Assembly: GCA_963733035.1 (NCBI GenBank)
Contig: CAVTBU010000007.1
Span: 160,001-224,000 of the forward strand
Length of the DNA: 64,000 nucleotides
Origin: Pirellulales bacterium
GTDB lineage: Bacteria; Planctomycetota; Planctomycetia; Pirellulales; PALSA-1355
Reading direction: 5' to 3'
The notes below the pieces were generated by a model, which searched no databases, was not told the origin of the DNA, and was given only the letters and a program-made list of their open reading frames with translations. The position numbers were made by a program, and so were the translations under genes. Positions 56,316 through 64,000 of the stretch are shown here, one piece after another (position 1 is the first letter of the stretch; the number at the start of each line of letters is the position of its first letter).

Positions 56316-57473
56316 ATGCGGATTGTTCATATCATTACCCGTATGATCCTGGGGGGCGCTCAGGAGAACACGCTCCTGACGTGCGAGGACCTCGTCCACG
56401 TCTACGGCGACGAAGTGCTGCTGCTTACCGGACCACCGCTTGGCCCGGAGGGAAGCTTGCTGGAACGCGCTGCGCACAACGTGCCTGTCGAAGTGTTGTC
56501 GGCACTGCGGAGGGAGATTCATCCCTGGCGCGATCCGCAGAGTTATTTTTCCATTAAGCAGGCTTTGGCCCGCTATCGTCCCGAAGTCGTGCACACGCAC
56601 AGCGGTAAGGCCGGCTTGCTCGGCCGAAAGGCCGCCTACGCGCTGGGTGTTCCGGCAATCGTGCACACCGTGCATGGAGCGCCATTTCATCCATACCAGC
56701 GAGGTTCCGCCCGCGCTCTCTTCCGGGCATGCGAGCGCTATGCCGCGACGCAATGCGACGCACTGGTGAGCGTGGCCGATGCCATGACCGACTTAATGGT
56801 CTCGGCTGGCGTCGCCCCGCGCGAGAAGTTCACGACCGTCTACAGTGGCATGGAAGTTGAACCCCTTCTTGCCGCCAACCGGCTTCGATCGGAAACCCGC
56901 CGACGGCTGGGATATTCGGACGAACATGTTGTCGTCGGCAAGATTGCCCGGCTGTTTCACCTTAAGGGGCATGAGGATGTTCTGGCCGCGGCCACACAAG
57001 CCGTGAAGACGCATCCCAACCTGCGTTTCCTGTTCGTCGGCGAAGGCCTTCTCCGTGAAAATCTGCGCAGGCAGATTCATCAGGCAGGACTGGACAAGTA
57101 CTTTCAATTCACTGGCCTCGTTCCGCCCAATGAGATTCCCGAACTAATCGGCGCGATGGACATCGTCGTGCATGCCAGCTTGCGCGAAGGTCTTGCCCGG
57201 GTGCTGCCGCAGGGGCTGATTGCCGGCAAGCCGGTCGTCAGCTACGACATCGATGGCGCAAGTGAAGTGGTCATCAACGACGAAACCGGCGTTCTCTTGC
57301 CCCCGCGCAATGTTGCGGGGCTAACTGCCGCCTTGACCCGCTTGGCCGACGACCCGGCCTTGCGAGAACGACTGGGCGCGACCGGCCGCACCAAGTTCAC
57401 GGAGCAATTCCGCCACGAGCATATGACGGCACAATTGCGGGCGTTGTACGAGCGGATTCTGGCCAACAAGTGA
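56316..57473 (+). CDS. Glycosyltransferase family 4
   Basis: HIITRMILGGAQ, VHTHSGKAG, KGH, SLREGLARV, E..TG.L. Confidence 0.92.
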   Translation: MRIVHIITRMILGGAQENTLLTCEDLVHVYGDEVLLLTGPPLGPEGSLLERAAHNVPVEVLSALRREIHPWRDPQSYFSIKQALARYRPEVVHTHSGKAGLLGRKAAYALGVPAIVHTVHGAPFHPYQRGSARALFRACERYAATQCDALVSVADAMTDLMVSAGVAPREKFTTVYSGMEVEPLLAANRLRSETRRRLGYSDEHVVVGKIARLFHLKGHEDVLAAATQAVKTHPNLRFLFVGEGLLRENLRRQIHQAGLDKYFQFTGLVPPNEIPELIGAMDIVVHASLREGLARVLPQGLIAGKPVVSYDIDGASEVVINDETGVLLPPRNVAGLTAALTRLADDPALRERLGATGRTKFTEQFRHEHMTAQLRALYERILANK

Positions 57474-57505
57474 GTTGGCAAACCGGCAACTCTGGCGATT
57501 GCCTC

Positions 57506-58921
57506 TCACTTGGTCAAGGCTTTCGCGTCCTCGACGACGCGCTGCGCGGGAACGTCGGCGCCGTTCTGATGAATCACCAGCCTGGCAATCTTGCCGTCAT
57601 CGCCAGGCTCGAAGTCGATGGTGGCATCCACCGGTCGGCAAAAGAAATGAGTCGCCGACGTGGGGCAGATTTGAATCTTCGGCTGCCCGGTCATTTGCAG
57701 AAACAGCCGCCTTCCGTCGCGCGTCACTTTGGCCGCCAGCAGTTTCGTCGCCTGGTACTTGCCAACGAGCGGATCAAGTTCCTTCTCACTCAACTCGATT
57801 GGTTTCGGCAATTCGAAACCCGCGGGCTCACTGCCCGACAGGAGTGTGAGCAACCGATTGCCAATCTGATCCACATAGGTTGACGAAGTATTGCCCAGCA
57901 CGACAACTCCGATCCGTTTTTCCGGATTGAATCCAGCAAACGCGCTATAGCCGCCGGTGCCACCATTGTGCCAAATGACGCCGTCCTTGCGACGCAGCAT
58001 CCACCCCAGGCCAACATCGTTATCCGCCTGGTCCGGGTTCTTGTAGTGCACGGCGTGTGTATTGGCGATGGCGGAGTCGAGCGTCGTACTACGAAGCCCG
58101 AGGTTGGCCGCCAGAAACTTGAGCATATCGTCCGTGGTCGAGCGCAACGCTCCGGCGCCGGCCAACGTGGGAATGTCCCAGTTGGCTACTGGATTGCCAT
58201 CGAAGTCGTGGCCCGTGGCGAGCCGCCGGCGGTCATCGTCATCGAGCGTAATCCGTGTTTCGGTCATCTCGAGCGGCTCCAGAATCGTCTTTTCGACGAG
58301 AGATTCGTAGTCGTAGCCGCTCTTGAGCACCAGCGCGTGTCCCAGCAGTCCCACGCCCAAGTTGCTATATACCGATTTTTCACCGGGCTCACGCGTTAAT
58401 TTGAGTCCACCCAGGAAAGTGCCCATTTGTTCGACGGTATAGTCGGCGTAGGGATTGTTCACGTCCCGGGGGCTGAAATTCGTCGGCATGCGAGGCAGAC
58501 CCGAGCTGTGCGTCGAAAGGTCCAGGAGCGTGATCTCGCGTTCTCCTTTCGGCACGATAATCGTGTGGGCCAGGAGCTGCTGCACCGGCTCGTCGAGAGA
58601 CACAGTGCCGTCCTCGACCATCTGTGCCAGGATCGTGCCGGTGAATACCTTCGTGATCGAGCCGATTTCAAACAGCGTATGCGGAGAGGGAGAATGCTCG
58701 TTCGACTCGGAAACGCGGCCGTAGCCGAGCTGCTGCGTTCCGTGCTCGTCGATCAAGCCGATGGCCAGCCCGTAGATCCAGTCCCCATCGATCAGCGGTG
58801 CAACCAATTTGTCGACTTTCTTGTGGTCGACGACCTCGGCAGCGCGAAGCTGGTGCCTTGCAAAAGTAGTCAGAACCAATACACCACATAGCAACGTCCC
58901 GAAACGACGCGAAGCGGACAT
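57506..58921 (-). CDS. Serine hydrolase (class C beta-lactamase-like) with a C-terminal DUF3471-like domain
   Basis: Signal peptide; FEIGSITK (SxxK), YSN, HNGGTGG. Confidence 0.9.
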   Translation of the reverse strand: MSASRRFGTLLCGVLVLTTFARHQLRAAEVVDHKKVDKLVAPLIDGDWIYGLAIGLIDEHGTQQLGYGRVSESNEHSPSPHTLFEIGSITKVFTGTILAQMVEDGTVSLDEPVQQLLAHTIIVPKGEREITLLDLSTHSSGLPRMPTNFSPRDVNNPYADYTVEQMGTFLGGLKLTREPGEKSVYSNLGVGLLGHALVLKSGYDYESLVEKTILEPLEMTETRITLDDDDRRRLATGHDFDGNPVANWDIPTLAGAGALRSTTDDMLKFLAANLGLRSTTLDSAIANTHAVHYKNPDQADNDVGLGWMLRRKDGVIWHNGGTGGYSAFAGFNPEKRIGVVVLGNTSSTYVDQIGNRLLTLLSGSEPAGFELPKPIELSEKELDPLVGKYQATKLLAAKVTRDGRRLFLQMTGQPKIQICPTSATHFFCRPVDATIDFEPGDDGKIARLVIHQNGADVPAQRVVEDAKALTK

Positions 58922-58962
58922 GTTTCACTCCTCGTGTGGAATTGATTCGATCCTGGCGATGC

Positions 58963-59766
58963 TCAGGTCATTTTTCGAACGATCCAATCTCCCAGGCTCG
59001 GAGAAAGTTGCGAAATGGCGAACACCAGTCGGGCTTTGCCGGGCACGACCAACTCCAGCTGTCGTCGCTCGCAGGCTCGCAGAATCCGCTGCGCGAGCCA
59101 GTCGGGCTGGATTAGTTTCACCTTGGCACCACCACCAGGTTTTCGGGCGCTGGCCGGCAGCGACGCAACTCTCTCCTCTGAGTAAATTCGCGGCTGACTG
59201 CGGGCTATTGGCCCGGGCGACACCAACAGCACGTGCAAGCCCTGTGGGCCCAATTCGAGCCGCAACTGCTGCGAGTACGCGCTGACGGCATACTTCGTGG
59301 CCGAGTAGGCACCCATATAGCGGGCCGCCGTCTTGCCGGCCAGCGAGCCGATATTTACCAGGTGCCCCTGCGCTTTGAGCAGTTCGGGCATTGCGGCCCG
59401 CGTGCACCGGACCAGGGCCGTGAAATTCAGGTCCATCAGCGCGGCAAACTTTTCGGCCGTCGTTTCGATGGCGGCGCCTCGGTCGGAGCTTCCGGCATTG
59501 TTGACCAGCACGTCGAGGCGCCCAAATTGCTCCAGTGTTTTCGCCAGTAGCGCGTCAACGTCGGCCTGCTGCCGAACGTCCGTCGCAACCGCGAGTACCT
59601 GTCCACCGTCAGCCCGCAAATCGGACGCGGCTTGTTCCAGTTTCTCGGCCGTGCGGGCAGCAATCACAACGCGCGCTCCGGCGCCGCAGAAGGCGCGCGC
59701 AATGGCGAGCCCCAGGCCGCTCGAGCCGCCGGTGACGACGACCGTTTTTTCGCTCCAAGTGCTCAT
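58963..59766 (-). CDS. Short-chain dehydrogenase/reductase
   Basis: TGGSSGLG, NNAG, YSATK. Confidence 0.93.
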   Translation of the reverse strand: MSTWSEKTVVVTGGSSGLGLAIARAFCGAGARVVIAARTAEKLEQAASDLRADGGQVLAVATDVRQQADVDALLAKTLEQFGRLDVLVNNAGSSDRGAAIETTAEKFAALMDLNFTALVRCTRAAMPELLKAQGHLVNIGSLAGKTAARYMGAYSATKYAVSAYSQQLRLELGPQGLHVLLVSPGPIARSQPRIYSEERVASLPASARKPGGGAKVKLIQPDWLAQRILRACERRQLELVVPGKARLVFAISQLSPSLGDWIVRKMT

Positions 59767-59771
59767 CGAAG

Positions 59772-59801
59772 AAAAAACCCAGGGAGGCCTTCCCTGGGCT
59801 T
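59772..59801 (-). terminator. Palindrome/terminator between the Gfo oxidoreductase and SDR genes
   Basis: Minus strand CCCAGGGA-AGGCC-TCCCTGGG-TTTTTT. Confidence 0.55.
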
Positions 59802-59848
59802 GGTGGGTTGGACAATCGTCTGTTTATACCGCGCCGGGCATGAGAGCG

Positions 59849-61165
59849 TTAGCTCACGCGCGGGATAGTATAGGGCTCTCGCTGTTTGCGACTCAACATG
59901 CTGTTGGCTTCGCTGTCGCCGACGAACTCCTCTTTCTGCGGATCCCAAGTCAACTTGCGGCCGAGCCGGATTGAGAGATTGCCCAAATGGCAAGCGCTCA
60001 CCGAGCGGTGCTGACTCTGTACATCGGAAATCGGCCACTTGCCATGCATCCAGGCTTCGAAGAAGTTGCCCATGTGGCTGCCCATCTTCGCCGTGTTGCC
60101 TTTGTACAGTTCGACGATGGCGGCCATGACTTTTTCTTTCAGTGCCGGGTCGGCATCCTGCTCTTCAATCGGCTTGCCGGTGATCCTCCCGCGGTTCACG
60201 TAGATCCGCCCCTTGTCGCCTTCGATCAACACGCCTTCATCGCCGGGCGGCTGAGCTCGCAGCAGGACAGTGACGCCGTTGGGATACTCGTAGTCGACCG
60301 ATACCAGCTTCGGCGTATTGAACCCGCCGGGAATACTAGGCAGTGTTGTCTTGGTGCCGTCGATCGTGGTGGGACCGGAATCCTCGATATCCATTACCCA
60401 GTGCGCGATGTCCATGTGATGCGCGCCCCAGTCGGTGGCAATGCCGCCAGAGTATTCGTACCACCAGCGGAAGTTGTGATGGCAGCGTTCGGGGCAGTAA
60501 TCAACCTGCGGTGCCTGTCCCAGCCAGTAATCCCAGTTCAAACCCTCGGGAACACTTTGTGGCTGGAAAGGGCCGCCTTCGGCCGTCGAGAGTGGAAGGT
60601 TGACCGTGATGGTCTTTAGCTTGCCCAAGCTGCCGCTACGAGCGGTGGCCACGGCCCGGCCGAAGAGTTCGAACTGATCGCCGCGCTGCTGCGTGCCGAC
60701 CTGCAAGACCTTGCCGGTTCGCTTCACGGCGGCCACCAACTGCTTACCTTCGTCAATCGTGAGCGTCAGCGGCTTTTCGCAGTAGACGTGTTTGCCCGAT
60801 TCGAGTGCGGCGATGGCAATCGCCGTGTGCCAGTGGTCGGGCGTACCGATGGTTACCGCCTCGATATCATGGCGGTCGAGTAGCTTGCGATAATCTTCGA
60901 ACACTTCCGCCTTTTGAAAATTCTCGTTCTTGATCCGCTCGGCATGTTGACGCTGCACATCGCAAACCGCCACCATATCGCCGAAGTTGCTCGCGGCGCG
61001 GGCGATGTGGCTGCCCTGGCCACCGGTGCCAATGGCACCCAGCAACGGGCGATTGTTCTTCGACTCGTCGGCCGTGGCACGAAAACTCCAAAACGGATTG
61101 GCCGCGAGCGCCATTGCGCCGGTCGAGGTTTGCACAAACTGACGCCGGGTCCATTGCTTGCTCAT
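59849..61165 (-). CDS. Tat-exported Gfo/Idh/MocA oxidoreductase
   Basis: TRRQFV Tat motif, GTGGQG, TPDHWH, CEKP, WGAHH.D. Confidence 0.93.
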   Translation of the reverse strand: MSKQWTRRQFVQTSTGAMALAANPFWSFRATADESKNNRPLLGAIGTGGQGSHIARAASNFGDMVAVCDVQRQHAERIKNENFQKAEVFEDYRKLLDRHDIEAVTIGTPDHWHTAIAIAALESGKHVYCEKPLTLTIDEGKQLVAAVKRTGKVLQVGTQQRGDQFELFGRAVATARSGSLGKLKTITVNLPLSTAEGGPFQPQSVPEGLNWDYWLGQAPQVDYCPERCHHNFRWWYEYSGGIATDWGAHHMDIAHWVMDIEDSGPTTIDGTKTTLPSIPGGFNTPKLVSVDYEYPNGVTVLLRAQPPGDEGVLIEGDKGRIYVNRGRITGKPIEEQDADPALKEKVMAAIVELYKGNTAKMGSHMGNFFEAWMHGKWPISDVQSQHRSVSACHLGNLSIRLGRKLTWDPQKEEFVGDSEANSMLSRKQREPYTIPRVS

Positions 61166-61246
61166 CAGATCTGCTCCAGGGTCACACATTCGACTACCAC
61201 GTAGCGGAAAGTTTAACGACGGCCGAATCGGCTCGCCACCAGACCG

Positions 61247-61864
61247 CTAGCTTTTGCCAGAATCGCCTACTTTTTCCTCGGAGTCGCCCGCCGTCACGAC
61301 CTCGAAATTCGTTACGGTCCAGTGAATTTCGAAGTCGGCTCCCAGGACCACGCGGTCGTATCGGCGCGGATAGCCATATTCGGGATCAAACTCCGCCCGA
61401 ATCACCACTTGCGTGGCTTTCGGCGAGTCAAACGAAGCCGCCGGATTCTCGGCCATGTCGAGCTCCTCGGCAATCATGTCCATCTGTCCCGGTACGGTCC
61501 AGTAGTACCAGGTGCGCTGCTGTTTGGGCTCGACGCCGTCACGAATCATGTGCACCGGCCGGCCATCACGCACCTCAACGTGAATCTTGCCCGGACGGTT
61601 CCCTGTCAATTCCAGGTCGAGGTTGTAGCTGGCCGGACCGTGCGTGTCCCAGCGCTCGGCCGCCTCTTCGTACGCCGCGCGGGTCAACAGTGGCGTATGA
61701 CTGCGATTGAGAATTGTGCCGACCAGCAGCCCGGCCACGACCGTGAGCGCGCCGAGCGATAGGCCCAACACGAACCGTGCGGCACGCAAGCGGCGCCGCT
61801 GCTTCGGTTCGCTGGATGTCTTATCAGATTCAGACTTCCGCGTCGGCGGATCGAGTTCAGTCAT
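61247..61864 (-). CDS. Membrane-anchored protein, DUF6174-like
   Basis: TM anchor; AAERW...SYNL; VEVRDG; FDPEYGYP. Confidence 0.6.
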   Translation of the reverse strand: MTELDPPTRKSESDKTSSEPKQRRRLRAARFVLGLSLGALTVVAGLLVGTILNRSHTPLLTRAAYEEAAERWDTHGPASYNLDLELTGNRPGKIHVEVRDGRPVHMIRDGVEPKQQRTWYYWTVPGQMDMIAEELDMAENPAASFDSPKATQVVIRAEFDPEYGYPRRYDRVVLGADFEIHWTVTNFEVVTAGDSEEKVGDSGKS

Positions 61865-62026
61865 CGGAATTCTTAATTCGAGCTATCAAACTGGTGAATT
61901 CTTGCTGGCGCGGCAATTTGATGTCCGCTGGTCAAATCTTATCGCCTGCGGTAGGCTGAGGCCAAGCGTTGCTCCAGGCGGACCGCTTCGTGATTCAACG
62001 CGACTGACACCTGGCAGAAACAACGC

Positions 62027-63472
62027 ATGGCAAACGCCGCACGACTGAATAAACGTTCGCGTACCAAAATCATTGCCACCATCGGCCCGGCCTGCCAGTC
62101 ACCCGAAAAGTTGACGGAACTGGTTCTCGCAGGCGCCGATGTCTTTCGGCTCAATATGGCCCATGCCAGCCGGGAGCAACACCTGGAAACGCTGGCGATG
62201 ATTCGCCAAATCAGCCGCGAGTTGAAACAGCCGATTGCGGTGCTCGCCGATTTGGCCGGGCCGAAGATCAGGCTGGGGGTACTGCCTGGCGATATGCTCG
62301 AATGCGAAACCGGTGCCGAGTTCCGCTTCGTACGCGGCCAGCAATCCGACGATTCGCACGACTTGGTAACAACGTATGAGCCCCTGGTCGACGAACTCGA
62401 GGTCGGTAATACGGTGATGCTGGCCGATGGCACGGTTGGCATGAAGGTCGTGAAAAAGGGCGCCAACTTCGCCTGCTGCCACGTGACGCAGCCCGGAGTG
62501 ATTCGTAGTCGCCAGGGGCTGAACCTGCCTGGCGTAAAGCTCAGCGCGCCGGCGATGGATGACGAGGACCGGCAAAATGCCATTTGGGCCGCTGAGAATC
62601 AAATCGACTTTGTCGGCCTGAGCTTCGTTCGCCAGGCGAGCGACGTTCACGGCTTGAAGGAGCTCTTGCGCTCTCGTGGTTCGGCGGCGCGGGTGATCGC
62701 CAAGATCGAAAAACCCGAGGCGATCGAACAGCTTGACGCGATTGTCAACGAGGCCGACGCCATCATGGTGGCCCGCGGCGATTTGGGAGTTGAAATCAAC
62801 GTCGCCCAAATGCCGGTTGTCCAAAAACAGATCGTAGCCGTTTGCACCGAACATCAGAAACCGGTGATCATCGCCACCCAGATGCTCGATAGCATGCAGC
62901 ACTCGCGGCGGCCCACGCGGGCCGAAGTCACCGACGTGGCCAATGCCATTCTCGACGGCGGCGATGCCTGCATGCTCTCGGGTGAGACCGCCATTGGCGA
63001 GTACCCCCGCGAGGCGGTGCAAATGATGAACGAAGTGGCGCAGGCCACTGAAGAGCTGTTTCGCGACAATGTGCCTCGCGAGTCCGGCGAGTTCCGAGCC
63101 GAGGGATTGCATCCGGTCACGTCGGCCGTCGTCTACGGCGCCGGACACATGGCGGCCGAGCTCGACGCCAAACTCGTCATCGTCGTCAGCCACTCAGGCG
63201 CCACGGCCCTTGCGATTTCGAAGCAACGCAACTATGTGCCCACGGTTGGCATCAGCGACAGCCCGCGAACACTGCGGCAAATGTGTCTTTACTGGGGCGT
63301 GATTCCGCTGGGCGAGGTCACTCCCGACGACAACAATACGACGCTCGCCGCAGCCACCGAGTGGGGCCGAGACGCCGGGGTCCTCGGCCCGGGTGACTAC
63401 GTAGTGCTGGTGGGCGGATTAGGGCTGCACGTCGGTTCGCACAATCAGGTTATCGTGCACCGCGTGGAATAG
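62027..63472 (+). CDS. pyk: Pyruvate kinase
   Basis: RTKIIATIGP, RLNMAH, DLAGPKIR, AKIEKPEA, MVARGDLG, ATQMLDSM, MLSGETA. Confidence 0.98.
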   Translation: MANAARLNKRSRTKIIATIGPACQSPEKLTELVLAGADVFRLNMAHASREQHLETLAMIRQISRELKQPIAVLADLAGPKIRLGVLPGDMLECETGAEFRFVRGQQSDDSHDLVTTYEPLVDELEVGNTVMLADGTVGMKVVKKGANFACCHVTQPGVIRSRQGLNLPGVKLSAPAMDDEDRQNAIWAAENQIDFVGLSFVRQASDVHGLKELLRSRGSAARVIAKIEKPEAIEQLDAIVNEADAIMVARGDLGVEINVAQMPVVQKQIVAVCTEHQKPVIIATQMLDSMQHSRRPTRAEVTDVANAILDGGDACMLSGETAIGEYPREAVQMMNEVAQATEELFRDNVPRESGEFRAEGLHPVTSAVVYGAGHMAAELDAKLVIVVSHSGATALAISKQRNYVPTVGISDSPRTLRQMCLYWGVIPLGEVTPDDNNTTLAAATEWGRDAGVLGPGDYVVLVGGLGLHVGSHNQVIVHRVE

Positions 63473-63566
63473 CGGCAAATCTCGCGGGGGGAACTTTTTG
63501 CCAGCGGCCAGCGTCCAATTTGGTGCGTTGGTTCCCAGGAACTCGTTCTCCCTTCCGGTGCTGATC

Positions 63567-64000
63567 ATGATGTGCTCGTTGTTTGCTCGGCGAATTCGTG
63601 TCGTCTCCCTTATACTGTCGCTGGTCATGAGCTTTTGGGGGGTAGTTTCCACGCCGCTCATCGCAGCCCAGTTCGTCAAGAAATCTCGCAAGATGTCCAT
63701 CCACGGTCGACAGCCCGATGCCCCACTCGATCCCTTTGCCAGGTCGTTGTATGAGCAGCTGTCGCGGCGTCCTGGCAACCTGACATTCTCGCCGCCCAGC
63801 ATCGAAGCCTGCGTGCTGTTGGCGCTTGCAGGCGCTGGCGGAACGACGGCCGATGAAATCGCCGAGGCGCTCAAGCTCGACCGTCGCGATCGGGCCGACT
63901 TGCCGCGACTGCTGGATCGCTTTCGAGGTGCCGTGTCAAGCGAGAAATCAGGCACGTCCTACACCATCGCCAACTCAGTCTGGGTGCAAAAAGGGTATCC
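63567..64000 (+). CDS. Serpin family protein (secreted), N-terminal part; runs off the window end
   Basis: Manual translation: signal peptide, then FARSLYEQL...GNLTFSPPSI...LALAGAGGTTADEI...IANSVWVQKGY. Confidence 0.85.
   Translation, partial: MMCSLFARRIRVVSLILSLVMSFWGVVSTPLIAAQFVKKSRKMSIHGRQPDAPLDPFARSLYEQLSRRPGNLTFSPPSIEACVLLALAGAGGTTADEIAEALKLDRRDRADLPRLLDRFRGAVSSEKSGTSYTIANSVWVQKGY

Noticed and set aside
57506..58921. Bona fide antibiotic-resistance beta-lactamase
   Set aside because: The motifs only support the broad serine hydrolase family; substrate cannot be inferred.
1..64000. tRNA, rRNA, prophage or transposase genes
   Set aside because: None recognised by eye; tRNAscan and Rfam were not run.

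Overview
A 64-kb chromosomal window from a high-GC Planctomycete, probably Pirellulales-like. This rests on a Planc_extracel-type leader, TIGR03000-like domains, a PEP-CTERM protein, a truncated SecA paralog and a planctomycete-type REP palindrome. Most of it is housekeeping or envelope genes: dusB, queG, thpR, recA, HtrA, alaS, tpx, serA, pcm, rodA, asd, truA and pyk. About eight genes are split by single-base indels, which suggests consensus errors in the assembly. Highlights: (1) at 0.7-4.7 kb, a polymorphic toxin/immunity islet interleaved with a candidate ~450-nt structured ncRNA that has its own promoter and terminator; the promoter and 5' half are duplicated 1.8 kb upstream and joined directly to a nuclease-toxin/immunity pair; (2) at 30.9-36.9 kb, two paralogous small Arg-rich (D/E)RR proteins, each next to a TPR lipoprotein, flanking an ECF sigma/anti-sigma pair and a candidate sigma54-driven sRNA; (3) a GSSGG(W/Y)-repeat TIGR03000 protein followed by an SdpA/SdpB-like (DUF5819-like + HTTM) pair; (4) several apparent pseudo-enzymes (SecA without its two-helix finger, GH10-like, Nudix-like, DHODH-like); (5) an apparently exported PIMT coupled to an aspartyl protease lipoprotein. 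All family calls come from reading motifs by eye; no database searches were run.
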